This document shows positions 8,046 through 17,642 of a stretch of 45,733 nt of DNA, one piece after another. Location: the NCBI GenBank assembly GCA_002254385.1, contig NJDO01000001.1, forward strand, positions 1 through 45,733, read 5' to 3'. Under the pieces are notes generated by a model, which ran no database searches, had not been told where the DNA came from, and worked only from the letters and a program-made list of their open reading frames with translations. How positions within the stretch are numbered: position 1 is the stretch's first letter; each line of letters begins with the position of its first letter. This DNA is from Thermoplasmatales archaeon ex4484_6. Lineage in GTDB: Archaea; Thermoplasmatota; Penumbrarchaeia; Penumbrarchaeales; Penumbrarchaeaceae. Both the position numbers and the translations under genes were made by a program.

Positions 8046-11000
8046 ATGAGGTCATGGAGTATGGTAAAGGCAGTTTCGGCATTGTCCCTGATCGTCCTCT
8101 CGTCGCTCATGATGGGGGGCATCCTGTCCGGTGAGGAGAGGGCCTTCCCACCACCGGGACACTGGGCGAAGGTATTCTTCAACGTCACCTTCGAGGATGA
8201 TTCTCCGGTTGACGGAGCCCTGATAGAGATAAAGGCCTACCATTCGTCAATGATGTACACGGAAACCGGAGTGACGAATTCCGCTGGGAAAGCGATGGTG
8301 AATGTCACCGGGGTGAACTGGGGACCCTGCTGGATACAGGTGAAGGACAGCTCCGAGGACCATTTTATCAGGTTCGACAGGTTCATCTCCCCGGATGAGG
8401 TGATATATCTCGACATCGTCCTGCCCGAACATCTTCCCTACGACAGATACATCAACGGGACACTGCGGTACCTAAATAACGGCCTTCCCGTTTCCGGCTC
8501 CATTGTGAGGATTCAGGGAGAGGATTCCATGGGACGTGCGGTCGATGAGACGGATACTACTGATGGTTCGGGGCAATTCCATCTGACCGTACCCTATTCC
8601 GCATCGGTGTATTCCCTCACGGCCCTTCCCCCGGTTCCTACAATTGACAGTTCCGAGATAGTGATACAGCTGGATCCCGCCTCGAAAGAGTATTTCTACG
8701 AACTCTATCTGCGCCCCACCCTTGTGAGGACCGTACCGATAAGCATCGGTGTCTACAACTCATCAACGATGAAGAACATGACTGGAAGCAGCTGCCGCAT
8801 CGATGGTACGGCCGTGGATAAGGACATGTCAAGAGATTACGTCAATCTTGGAAAGGATCCGGTATCCGGTCGATTTGAAGGGGATGTCATGAAAGGGAGC
8901 TACAATCTCCAGTGGGAATCCGTGGAGGACACGCATTGGAACATCTCCTATTATCTCAATACCTACATCTACGTGAACGATACCCCTTTGAATATGGACA
9001 TCCCCATGGATACGATCGAGGATCTCAGGGGAGTTCGATTGGAGATATGGAAGGATTCGGGGCCGCTCGGATACTGTCATGTCGACTATTACCATACTAT
9101 CGGATCCGAGGGTGAATCTTACACGAGTATCAACATGATGCAAACCGCAGATTCCTCGGGAAGATTGTTCTTCGGGATTCCCGCCGGGGAGGAGATACGA
9201 TTATCGGTATGGTATTATGGATACAGGGAGAGAGAGATCGTGATACCACCTGGGACCTCCTCAGAACCCGTGGAGCTCAATGTCACACTGGAGAAGAGCT
9301 CCGCCTCAACATTTCCCATGGGTAACATTTCTTTGAAGGTAATAGACGGTCTGACAGGCATCCCGGTTCCACGGGCATCGATATCCGCCAGTGCATGGGA
9401 TGAAGAGGGTTCTTATCACAGTTACTTTCGCAGTACCAATGAGTTCGGTTATTCCAATGGAACACTGGATGCCGTTACATATTCATCCGTTGATGTGAAG
9501 CATTCGCTGGGATACGCATCCGCCAAGAACGTCACGATCGCGGAAGGAGAGACAACGGTACTTACGGTCGCCCTCGAACGGTGGGAGATGCCGGAATCAT
9601 TGGATACGTATATCCTTCATCTTGCGGATCCCGAGGGGAATCCGGTCTCGGGAGTGCCCATGCGTATCAGTCCCTCCCCATCATCGGCCCTTTCAAGGTC
9701 CTGCTCGGATTCCACCGGACGGATCGTCTTTCATGGAAAGGAGGGAGAATACAACATTCATGTGGAAGCTCCCGGAGATCACTGGTTCTATTCTCCCAGG
9801 TGGCAGGAGGAGAGGACGACGTTCCACTTCCCGGCAGGAGGAGGGGACCTTGGGACCCTCACACTCTATCCATTGGACGGAATGGAAGCCGTAGAGGGAT
9901 CGGTCCTCGATTCTTCGACAATGGACCCCGTCCCCTTCGCCAATATCCATGGAGAATCCTTTCATCCGCTCGAGGGAGGTACGAGGGACATGTGCCGTGA
10001 ATATCCCTGGGCCGTGGAATTCTTTTCCGATATGGCGCAGGATCGGGGACCCGGTATAACTCTCTTCACGGACCATACCCATTCCGTTGCGGATGGATAC
10101 TACAGGGTATGGGGAAAGGAAAAGGTTTACATAAGATGCTCCACGGAGGGATACTTCCCGTACCAGGGGCTTGTTGACCTTACAACCAGGGCAGGGGATA
10201 CTAACAATATTCTGCTGGATCCGATACCTCCTGCAACAAGCCACATCGTCGGCATGATTCAGGATGAGAACGGCAATCCGATCCCGGGGACCATATATCT
10301 CATAGAACAGGATCATCCCGATAATCTTTTTGATGCTCTGGATGTGGGGGAGAACGGGACCTTCGACATCCGGCTCCATCCGGCATCGTACAGGATCATC
10401 TACGGGAACGAGACACTCCACAACGAGACATTACTGGAAGTCAACGAGAGCGGCATTGAAGATCTCATTCTACCCCTTATACCATACTCCTACATCAACG
10501 GGACCGTGACGAACGGATCGGGAGCTCCCCTCCCCGGTTTCAACGTTTCGCTTTATCCCGCAGGGGAAGCCGTTCCCCCGATCGATTCCAGGCAGACGGA
10601 CGGGAACGGGAACTTCTCGTTCCTTGCAAGGAGCGGAGATTACAGGATAGAGGTGAATGGAACGGACCAATATCTGGACCTTTCCCTGAACATTCCAGGT
10701 GTTACCGGATGGAACGACATCCATCTGGATGTGGTCCTCTACAACAGAACCTCGGGGAATGTGGAAGGTGTCGTCAGGGGAGATGGAGGCCCCCTCGAAG
10801 TGGCGGTTCCCAATGCATCCGTCATGCTGAGGAATTCCACCGGCGGCATCCTGGCAGAAACGATGACGGACTCTCTCGGCCATTTCGTTTTCAACAATGT
10901 TCAGTTCGGGAGCGGGTATTATATTATCGTGGAGCCTCCCAGTGATTGGAAGAAGACAACGGAAGGTGGCCACGGTTACCTGAACCTCACAACCGACAGG

Positions 11001-11831
11001 TTCGACCTGCACACACGGGTTCTGTTCCTCGATCTCGTCCTTGAATACATCGAGCCTCCGCTCCCCGGTTTCTTCAACGTGACCCTGCATTCTCCCGTGG
11101 GCACCGGGGTGCTGCTGGACGAGCCTGTACGATTGTCATTCTCCGATGCGGTGAACTCCTCATATCTGGAAGGGAATCTTTCCGTATCACCCCTGGTGGG
11201 AAACCTGACCTTCAGATGGAACGGGGATGGAACGGGGGTCGTGATCGACCACGATGACTTCCGGAAGAACACCACATATACCGTTACCATCTCCGGCCTG
11301 TTGACCTCTTCCTCGGGGAAGCTTCTGTGGGGCGAGGGGGATTTCAGCTGGAATTTCACAACAGGCGATGAGACCGGTGCCTGGAACCTCATCACGGCCA
11401 CGGTGGAAACCCTCTCCGACAGGACCACCTTCTTCAACGCTACCGGGGATCCGGGCCTGACGGTCCATGTGGTCATCGAGGGGAAAGGCTCGTACATGCT
11501 GGTGGAAGCCGGGGCCGGCATCTATTCCGTCGAGATACCACCCGGGGACCTTGAATGGGACACGGAATACTTCTACCATTTCTCCGATGTCATCGACGGT
11601 CCCGATCTGGCACCCGATCTGGCAGGGAGCTTCAGGACCGCGGCCCGGCCTTCGGTACAGGGAGGTGACGACGACGATGATGACACATCGAAGGAAGATG
11701 AGAGCAGCGATGCGTGGAAGATAGTCCTTTTTGTCATCCTCGTCCTGCTGATACTCGCGGTGCTCACAGCGATCTTGGTCCTGCTTGCCGCAAGGTCCGG
11801 GAAGGGCGGGTACGGAGGGGAAGAGGAATAG
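8046..11831 (+). CDS. Giant surface protein with repeated CarboxypepD_reg/Ig-like beta-sandwich domains, an SbsA/Big_5-like Ig domain, an acidic stalk and a C-terminal TM anchor
   Basis: 1261-aa ORF with an ATG at 8046. Signal peptide 'MRSWSMVKAVSALSLIVLSSLMMGGILSG'. Recurrent 'G.V.D..G.P..GA.I' strands. 'PVRLSFSDAVNSS...TYTVTISG...' is SbsA_Ig-like. Poly-Asp run 'GGDDDDDDTSKEDESSD', then 'WKIVLFVILVLLILAVLTAILVLLAA' and 'RSGKGGYGGEEE'. Confidence 0.85.
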   Translation: MRSWSMVKAVSALSLIVLSSLMMGGILSGEERAFPPPGHWAKVFFNVTFEDDSPVDGALIEIKAYHSSMMYTETGVTNSAGKAMVNVTGVNWGPCWIQVKDSSEDHFIRFDRFISPDEVIYLDIVLPEHLPYDRYINGTLRYLNNGLPVSGSIVRIQGEDSMGRAVDETDTTDGSGQFHLTVPYSASVYSLTALPPVPTIDSSEIVIQLDPASKEYFYELYLRPTLVRTVPISIGVYNSSTMKNMTGSSCRIDGTAVDKDMSRDYVNLGKDPVSGRFEGDVMKGSYNLQWESVEDTHWNISYYLNTYIYVNDTPLNMDIPMDTIEDLRGVRLEIWKDSGPLGYCHVDYYHTIGSEGESYTSINMMQTADSSGRLFFGIPAGEEIRLSVWYYGYREREIVIPPGTSSEPVELNVTLEKSSASTFPMGNISLKVIDGLTGIPVPRASISASAWDEEGSYHSYFRSTNEFGYSNGTLDAVTYSSVDVKHSLGYASAKNVTIAEGETTVLTVALERWEMPESLDTYILHLADPEGNPVSGVPMRISPSPSSALSRSCSDSTGRIVFHGKEGEYNIHVEAPGDHWFYSPRWQEERTTFHFPAGGGDLGTLTLYPLDGMEAVEGSVLDSSTMDPVPFANIHGESFHPLEGGTRDMCREYPWAVEFFSDMAQDRGPGITLFTDHTHSVADGYYRVWGKEKVYIRCSTEGYFPYQGLVDLTTRAGDTNNILLDPIPPATSHIVGMIQDENGNPIPGTIYLIEQDHPDNLFDALDVGENGTFDIRLHPASYRIIYGNETLHNETLLEVNESGIEDLILPLIPYSYINGTVTNGSGAPLPGFNVSLYPAGEAVPPIDSRQTDGNGNFSFLARSGDYRIEVNGTDQYLDLSLNIPGVTGWNDIHLDVVLYNRTSGNVEGVVRGDGGPLEVAVPNASVMLRNSTGGILAETMTDSLGHFVFNNVQFGSGYYIIVEPPSDWKKTTEGGHGYLNLTTDRFDLHTRVLFLDLVLEYIEPPLPGFFNVTLHSPVGTGVLLDEPVRLSFSDAVNSSYLEGNLSVSPLVGNLTFRWNGDGTGVVIDHDDFRKNTTYTVTISGLLTSSSGKLLWGEGDFSWNFTTGDETGAWNLITATVETLSDRTTFFNATGDPGLTVHVVIEGKGSYMLVEAGAGIYSVEIPPGDLEWDTEYFYHFSDVIDGPDLAPDLAGSFRTAARPSVQGGDDDDDDTSKEDESSDAWKIVLFVILVLLILAVLTAILVLLAARSGKGGYGGEEE

Positions 11832-11854
11832 TCGTCACCCCGGTGGACCCGGCC

Positions 11855-11875
11855 GGGTGATATTCGATATCACCC
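11855..11875 (+). terminator. Perfect 9-bp hairpin between the 8046 giant gene and subtilase 1
   Basis: GGGTGATAT-tcg-ATATCACCC, 24 nt after the stop at 11831. No T-run follows, so a terminator function is uncertain. Confidence 0.3.
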
Positions 11876-11924
11876 AAAAGGGATATATGGACGTATTTAC
11901 CATGAAGCCACGGGTGGTTCGGAA

Positions 11925-14270
11925 TTGTTCAGCTCCCTCTCCCGAAGGTTCACACTCCTGGCACTGCTGACGACCATGGTCCTCGTAATTCCGCAGGGCT
12001 CGGCCCTTGACGTCGGGCGCATCGATCCGAGGCTGAGGACCCATGACATACCCGGAGGCTCGGTCGACCCCTATCTCGAGAAGGTCCTGGAAGGGGATCA
12101 TGAAGAGAGGATGAGGGTCCTGGTCCGGTTCAGCAGCTGGCCGATAGAGGACGATATAGGATTCGCAAGGGAGATAGGCATGGACCATCTCTGCACGATG
12201 AAGGTTCTTCCCGTGGCCTGGCTGGAAGGTACGGAGGAACAGATAAGGACCCTGTCGAACTACCGCAGGACGGAATGGATGGAGTATGACGGCGATCTGG
12301 ACCTGTTCATGGAAAGGTCCCTCACGACGATAAACGCGACAGTTGCCTGGAATTCGTGGATAGAGAGGACGCCCAACAGGTACGAGACCATTGACGGCAG
12401 CGGGATAACGGTGGTGGTCCTCGATACCGGGATAGATGCCGGTCACCCGGACCTGGACTATGGTGAGAAGACCCTTGTCAATCTGAAGGCGGACATACCG
12501 GGAGCACCATGGTATGAACTGGAGAATTCGGATACCAGTTATGGCCACGGCACCCATTGTGCGGGTACGATAGCGGGGAACGGTGACGCTTCCGCGGGGG
12601 CAAGGTCCGGGGTGGCCCCCGGAGCGAACCTGATCGGGCTGTGTGTCGGTGATGTGGGGATCACGCTGACGAACACCTACTACGGTCTGGAATGGGTTTA
12701 CGAGAATTCCCGACCCCCGAACCCGTACAACATAAAGGTTGTGTCCAACTCGTGGGGAGGGGGAGCGGCGGAATATGACCCCCAGGATGCCACTTCCCTC
12801 ATCTGCCAGAAGATAACGTTCGAGAACAACGTACTGGTGGTGTTCGCGATGGGTAACGCAGGGAGCGGGGATCATGACGGTTCCGAACTGACGGCATCGC
12901 CCACCGGTCTGATACCGTCGAATATCGGAGTGGCGGCCACAGAAAGGGATGGCTCCGGCATCGCCTATTTCTCGTCCCGGGGGGAGAAGGGAAAGAACCA
13001 CACTTATCCGGACGTTGCAGCTCCCGGGGTCAAGATATGGTCCGCCCATGCAAGATTGACGGAGATATCCGCAATGTCCAAACTTCGAGGAAATCCCAAC
13101 CCCTATTATCTGGCCATATCGGGCACCTCGATGGCGACACCCCATGTATCGGGGCTTGCCGCCCTGATGTTCCAGGCTGCTCCGTCATTGAGGATATCAG
13201 ATAGATGGGAGGATTATTCGGGGGATGATCCCGAAGCATGGTATTCGAACACTTTCAACAGGATCCATGAGATAGAATGGATAATGGAGCAGTCAGCGAG
13301 ATACATCCAGCCGGACGGCATCCCACTATCGGACGAATCGGGGGACAATGGTGTTCCCGAGCCAGGGGACAGGGGGCCAACCGAGGTGGGATGGGATGGG
13401 AAACCCATAGATTGGGCGCAGGGATACGGTCTTGTGGATGCGGAGAAATGCGTGGGGATCGCGCTGACACTGCAGGAATTGAGGGACCGATGGCCTCAGA
13501 CCGAATGGAACGTCAATGACGCGATCAGGATATACGAGGAAAGGGAGGTGTTCCACAGGTCCGCCATCACTGCCGAGACGGACATCCTCGAGACGGGATG
13601 GGAGGGCGAATTCGCGAGATATGCACAGGACCAGGACGGTCCGCTGCTCGTGCAGAACCAGTCCAGATTGATATGGATACCCGAGCATGCGGTGGAGCTT
13701 TCCATATTGATGAACTATGATCTCGTGAACATCCAGGACAGGACCGTGGGGGACCTCACATTCGTGATAGATTTCGACAATGACGGTGTGTTCGATTACC
13801 AGCATCCCTTTCTCGGATCCCGCCTGACAGGTACCAAATCCGAAACCCTGCCGATAGACAGTGAAGATACGGGAAGGTACTGGGCAATCGGCGTCTACGG
13901 CCAGGGTTTCAAGGTCATAAGGCCGCTCAAGGACAGGGAATTCATGGAGCTGAGGATAGAATACACCATGGGGCTCCGACTCAGGATGGACGTGGGATCG
14001 CAGGAGGATGTGGTGGTATCTCCCCCTCCGCCCAGTTCCCAGGTCTCCGCATGGATGCCCGGGGAGTCATCTCCCGACCATGCCGGAGGAAGACTGATTC
14101 TGGAGGGGGTCGAGTACGATATTTCAAGGGTCCAGCCGCTTCCCGAACCCGAGAAGGGGATGGAGAAGGGTGGATTCCCGTGGTGGTGGATCCTCCTGCT
14201 GGCTGCCGCTGTTCTCTTCGGTGGAGCCTTCTACCTGAGAAAAAGAAAAGGGAGGCGAAGCAGGGAATGA
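11925..14270 (+). CDS. Membrane-anchored subtilisin-like serine protease (peptidase S8), copy 1
   Basis: Catalytic triad contexts 'VVVLDTGIDAGHPDL' (D), 'HGTHCAGTIAGNG' (H) and 'GTSMATPHVSGLAA' (S), with oxyanion 'SNSWGG'. The only in-frame start after the upstream stop that retains a signal peptide is the TTG at 11925, giving 'MFSSLSRRFTLLALLTTMVLVIPQGSA'. C-terminal TM 'WWWILLLAAAVLFGGAFYL' followed by 'RKRKGRRSRE'. Confidence 0.9.
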   Translation: MFSSLSRRFTLLALLTTMVLVIPQGSALDVGRIDPRLRTHDIPGGSVDPYLEKVLEGDHEERMRVLVRFSSWPIEDDIGFAREIGMDHLCTMKVLPVAWLEGTEEQIRTLSNYRRTEWMEYDGDLDLFMERSLTTINATVAWNSWIERTPNRYETIDGSGITVVVLDTGIDAGHPDLDYGEKTLVNLKADIPGAPWYELENSDTSYGHGTHCAGTIAGNGDASAGARSGVAPGANLIGLCVGDVGITLTNTYYGLEWVYENSRPPNPYNIKVVSNSWGGGAAEYDPQDATSLICQKITFENNVLVVFAMGNAGSGDHDGSELTASPTGLIPSNIGVAATERDGSGIAYFSSRGEKGKNHTYPDVAAPGVKIWSAHARLTEISAMSKLRGNPNPYYLAISGTSMATPHVSGLAALMFQAAPSLRISDRWEDYSGDDPEAWYSNTFNRIHEIEWIMEQSARYIQPDGIPLSDESGDNGVPEPGDRGPTEVGWDGKPIDWAQGYGLVDAEKCVGIALTLQELRDRWPQTEWNVNDAIRIYEEREVFHRSAITAETDILETGWEGEFARYAQDQDGPLLVQNQSRLIWIPEHAVELSILMNYDLVNIQDRTVGDLTFVIDFDNDGVFDYQHPFLGSRLTGTKSETLPIDSEDTGRYWAIGVYGQGFKVIRPLKDREFMELRIEYTMGLRLRMDVGSQEDVVVSPPPPSSQVSAWMPGESSPDHAGGRLILEGVEYDISRVQPLPEPEKGMEKGGFPWWWILLLAAAVLFGGAFYLRKRKGRRSRE

Positions 14271-16585
14271 GGTTCGCGTCCCCCACGCTTCTCGTCTTGC
14301 TGTTCCTGGTATCCTTACAGGTATCTCCGTCGACATACGGTGTCCCTCCCGGGAACGAGGGAGGCGATATCATCCTGTCGAAGCTTTCGGTCTCCCTCCT
14401 TCATGCGGGCATCGAGGTCCGAGACGGTGTCCTGGTCCATGAACTGTGTGACCGGGATCCACTACCGGTGCTGCTGCATGTCGATGAGGGTAAGAGGGGC
14501 GCTCTCCGCCCGAGGCTCGTGGAAATGGGCGTCAGGATGGGTTACAGATTCACCTCTCTGGAGGTGTACGAAGCATGGGCGCCTCTTGATGTCATGCCCC
14601 GTTTGACCCTGCTGGATGAGGTGACCTACATCGAATGGAACGCTCCCGGCACCTTCGACACGGAGATCTCGACAGCCGCGATAATGGCCCCCAGGGTCTG
14701 GTCATCCGTCATCAGGGACGGCTCTTCTGTCAAGGAGGGGATCAGGGGGCGCGGGATCGGAATTGCGGTCGTTGATTCGGGAATAGATGCCGGTCACCCG
14801 GACCTTGACTACGGCTTCAAGACCGTGAAGAACATCAAGGCCGTGAGGGCCGGTGACCCCTGGGTGGAGATGGAGAACACCGACACTTCGGTGGGACACG
14901 GCTCCCACTGTGCCGGTATCTCCGCCGGCAACGGGGATGCCTCCGCGGGGGGACGGTCGGGTGTGGCTCCGGAGGCGAACCTCATAGGGCTCTCGCTCAC
15001 CGAAGGTGACGAGGAGGTATCGACATCGAACTATCTTTACGGCCTGGAATGGGTGTTCGAGAATTCCAGACCGCATGCGAACCCCTACAACATCAAGGTA
15101 TGCACGAATTCGTGGCACACAACGGTCGGAGAGTACGATCCGGAGATGGCACTGTCGAAGATCATAAACAGGCTGACATACGAGAACAATGTCGTATGCA
15201 CGTTCTCGGCAGGGAACGACGGGAGGCAGGATCCGGAGGGTACGGTGGTATGGACCTCCCAGCAGGGGAACACACCCTCGGCCGTGATGGTGGCGGCCTA
15301 TGCGAGGGACGGGTCCTATGTGGCGGAGTTCACATCCCACGGCCAGGTGGGTCTGAACCATACCTATCCTGACGTGGGGGCGCCAGGGGTCAGGATATGG
15401 TCCGCCCATGCGAGAAGGACCGGGATATCCGCGGGTTCCAAACTGTCCGGTAATCCGAATCCCTACTATCTTGCAATATCGGGGACATCGATGTCCACTC
15501 CCCATGTTGCCGGAACGGTCGCGCTTCTCTGGGAAGCATGCCCTTCGATGGGTATTTCCGGATGGGAGGAGGATTACAACGGGTCGGACCCGGAATGGTT
15601 CCATTCGCACGAGTTCAGGTTCGTCCATGATGCGGAGCTCATACTGGAGGCATCCGCGACTCCCATACCCTTCAGGGAAGGGTCGGGCGATTCGACCGGC
15701 GTCTTCGTCGACGATCCCTCCGTGGGATGGGGCGGGAGGGAGATCGATTACGCCCAGGGTTACGGTTTTATCGATGTGGAGAAGGCCGTGGGCATCGCTC
15801 TCACCCTTCAGGAACTGAGGAGCAGGTTCCTTGACAGATACGTCGATGTATTCACAGCACTGAAGGTGTATGAGGGCGCAATGGACCTCAACCTGTCGGT
15901 CGCATCCTCCACATTGATGACCTCATGGGAAGGGGAGTATTCCCGCTTCAACGACCAGAACGGCAAACCCCTTGTGGTCCAGAACCAGACCAAGCTGGTC
16001 TATGTCCCGGAAGGGGTGGGGTCGATGAGCATTACACTTGAATATGACGCCCTCTCACTCCCGGACATGTACGTTGGCGGTCTGACGGTCGATGTCGATA
16101 CGGACGGTGATGGTCAGGCGGATTTCAGCGGGGGCCCGCCTCTTGCACCCGGAACAAGGACATTCCGGATCCCGGTGTCGGGAACGGACGTCTTCTACCG
16201 CGTCATGATAAGGGGTCAGGGGATAAAGGTGATACGACCCGTAAGGGAAACGAGCTACGTGGAACTGAGGATACCGTATTCCATCACGGTGGAAATGGAG
16301 CTTGACACCCAGGGAGCCGAGGTCCCGAGGGAAGCATATTCGAGTGCAATGGGTGCTTTCATCATAGGGGACGGCAGAGAGTCCCCTGTCAACAGCACAT
16401 TGGGGATCAGGGTCTACGATCTCGGCGGCATAGGCGACCCGTTCGGGGAAGAGGGATATCGTGAGAGGGGCGAGGCCCCCTCCTCCCTGCTGTTGATAAT
16501 CCTGCTCACCGCAGCGGTGACATTGCTGTCCATTTACGGATATCACAGGATCAGGAAAAGGAATCGGAAAGGGGGAGAATCCTGA
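14267..16585 (+). CDS. Membrane-anchored subtilisin-like serine protease (peptidase S8), copy 2 (tandem paralogue)
   Basis: 'VAVVDSGIDAGHPDL', 'HGSHCAGISAGNG' and 'GTSMSTPHVAGTVA'. The ATG at 14267 overlaps the copy-1 stop (ATGA) and gives the signal peptide 'MRFASPTLLVLLFLVSLQVSPSTYG'. The longer ORF-track start at 14051 lies inside copy 1 and I reject it. C-terminal TM 'LLLIILLTAAVTLLSIYGY' followed by 'HRIRKRNRKGGES'. Confidence 0.9.
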   Translation: MRFASPTLLVLLFLVSLQVSPSTYGVPPGNEGGDIILSKLSVSLLHAGIEVRDGVLVHELCDRDPLPVLLHVDEGKRGALRPRLVEMGVRMGYRFTSLEVYEAWAPLDVMPRLTLLDEVTYIEWNAPGTFDTEISTAAIMAPRVWSSVIRDGSSVKEGIRGRGIGIAVVDSGIDAGHPDLDYGFKTVKNIKAVRAGDPWVEMENTDTSVGHGSHCAGISAGNGDASAGGRSGVAPEANLIGLSLTEGDEEVSTSNYLYGLEWVFENSRPHANPYNIKVCTNSWHTTVGEYDPEMALSKIINRLTYENNVVCTFSAGNDGRQDPEGTVVWTSQQGNTPSAVMVAAYARDGSYVAEFTSHGQVGLNHTYPDVGAPGVRIWSAHARRTGISAGSKLSGNPNPYYLAISGTSMSTPHVAGTVALLWEACPSMGISGWEEDYNGSDPEWFHSHEFRFVHDAELILEASATPIPFREGSGDSTGVFVDDPSVGWGGREIDYAQGYGFIDVEKAVGIALTLQELRSRFLDRYVDVFTALKVYEGAMDLNLSVASSTLMTSWEGEYSRFNDQNGKPLVVQNQTKLVYVPEGVGSMSITLEYDALSLPDMYVGGLTVDVDTDGDGQADFSGGPPLAPGTRTFRIPVSGTDVFYRVMIRGQGIKVIRPVRETSYVELRIPYSITVEMELDTQGAEVPREAYSSAMGAFIIGDGRESPVNSTLGIRVYDLGGIGDPFGEEGYRERGEAPSSLLLIILLTAAVTLLSIYGYHRIRKRNRKGGES

Positions 16586-16686
16586 GATCGTTTCCGATGT
16601 GAACAAGGACACCTTTGGAATCGCCGAACCCCCTTGAGTAACGGATTCTTACGCATGTTCTGCATATTTAGGGGTTCTTTTTATTG

Positions 16687-16695
16687 GTAAATAAA
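16687..16695 (+). promoter_or_regulatory. TATA-like box (GTAAATAAA) for the wHTH regulator
   Basis: 24-32 nt upstream of the ATG at 16719, preceded by a T-run. Confidence 0.45.
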
Positions 16696-16718
16696 CCCAA
16701 CTCCCTTCCGGTGACAGC

Positions 16719-17138
16719 ATGGGGTACAGAAGAATAAACACCGTGGAGGAGCTTCTTCAGAACAGGAACAGACAGAAGATCTACGATGCGATAAGGAGGT
16801 ACCCGGGGATGAGCTTCACCGATCTGAGAGTGATGCTCGATATCAAGAACGGTACACTCTCGCACCACCTTATAAAGCTCGAGAAGGAGGGCCTCGTCCG
16901 GTCGAAGAAGATAGGGATCTTCAGACGGTTCTATCCGGCAGGGAGCGCCATGCCCAAGGACATGGAAGAGAAGATAATCGAGGTGATCCTTGATGATCCG
17001 GGCATCTCCCAGACCGCGGTTGCAAAGCGTCTCTCCATTACAAGGCAGGTGGCGAACTATCATATCAACTCCCTTCGCAGAAGGGGAAAACTTGTCGTTC
17101 GCAGGTCGGGAAGGAGTTCCGAGATATATCTGAGATGA
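16719..17138 (+). CDS. Winged-helix transcriptional regulator with two wHTH units (ArsR/TrmB-like)
   Basis: 139-aa ORF. 'RQKIYDAIRRYPGMSFTDLRVMLDIKNGTLSHHLIKLEKEGLVRS' is an ArsR-type wHTH. A second HTH is 'ISQTAVAKRLSITRQVANYHINSLRRRGKL'. The TATA-like GTAAATAAA lies 24-32 nt upstream of the ATG. Confidence 0.8.
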   Translation: MGYRRINTVEELLQNRNRQKIYDAIRRYPGMSFTDLRVMLDIKNGTLSHHLIKLEKEGLVRSKKIGIFRRFYPAGSAMPKDMEEKIIEVILDDPGISQTAVAKRLSITRQVANYHINSLRRRGKLVVRRSGRSSEIYLR

Positions 17139-17247
17139 ATCACGGAAGATGAGTCTGTTCAGCCCCCAGGCTGCCCACAACATGATAATGACAGCATATG
17201 GGTCCAACCCCCCTCCGCTTCGGGGAACCGTGGCATCCCCTGTCATC

Positions 17248-17373
17248 CTATCTCTTGTTAAGCGTGTAAGCACAGTTGGTGCATTTCCACAGTTCGAATA
17301 TATCCTGACCCCTTGAAAAAGGTATCAGATATCCCTTCTCGCATTTCGGACAGGGTGGAAAGAATTCCGCCAT
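17248..17373 (-). CDS. Small (41-aa) zinc-ribbon protein, absent from the ORF track
   Basis: My hand translation gives MAEFFPPCPKCEKGYLIPFSRGQDIFELWKCTNCAYTLNKR*. It has a CPxC...CxxC zinc-ribbon pattern. On the coding strand, GGAGG (17382-17386) lies 8 nt upstream of the ATG and a TTATATA box sits at 17407-17413. Confidence 0.55.
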   Translation of the reverse strand: MAEFFPPCPKCEKGYLIPFSRGQDIFELWKCTNCAYTLNKR

Positions 17374-17444
17374 TTTTGCCGCCTCCAACACTAAAACCCG
17401 GAATCAGTATATAATCATTGCTGAAAGCCAGCGTTGTCTGGCGA

Positions 17445-17642
17445 TCAAAGGATCTTCGACAGGATTATTATGCCGAGGGAAACCACGACAACGGTGATAA
17501 GCAGAAGAGTGAGATGGACATGCGGTCCCTGTTCCTCATCGTTCAGAGCTCCCACCAGACCTTTCCTTTTCAGGGTTCGGAAGACAACCGAAACGGAATA
17601 CCTGGGGGGGGAGATCCCGCCTTCTCTTTCTCCGTTCTCCAT
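17445..17642 (-). CDS. Possible small tail-anchored membrane protein (65 aa)
   Basis: ATG start, C-terminal TM 'LTLLLITVVVVSLGIIILS', and a TATA-like ATTAAGTAAT about 30 nt upstream on the coding strand. I recognised no family, so this could be a chance ORF. Confidence 0.3.
   Translation of the reverse strand: MENGEREGGISPPRYSVSVVFRTLKRKGLVGALNDEEQGPHVHLTLLLITVVVVSLGIIILSKIL

Noticed and set aside
11835-13145. Long antisense ORFs opposite real genes: 11835-13145(-), 32844-34004(-), 18280-19413(-), 4157-4972(-), 4845-5645(-), 9693-10421(-), 14702-15628(-), 16668-17273(-), 35743-36696(+), 42654-43496(+), 6068-6874(+).
   Set aside because: These are typical shadow ORFs of GC-rich DNA. Their translations are Arg/Pro/Gly/His-rich with no recognisable motifs. 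Each lies fully opposite a gene with strong family signatures.
14051-14266. The 5' extension of the subtilase-2 ORF (ORF-track start at 14051).
   Set aside because: The extension lies inside the subtilase-1 coding region in another frame and encodes an R/G/P-rich non-signal sequence. The internal ATG at 14267 gives a proper signal peptide and an ATGA overlap.
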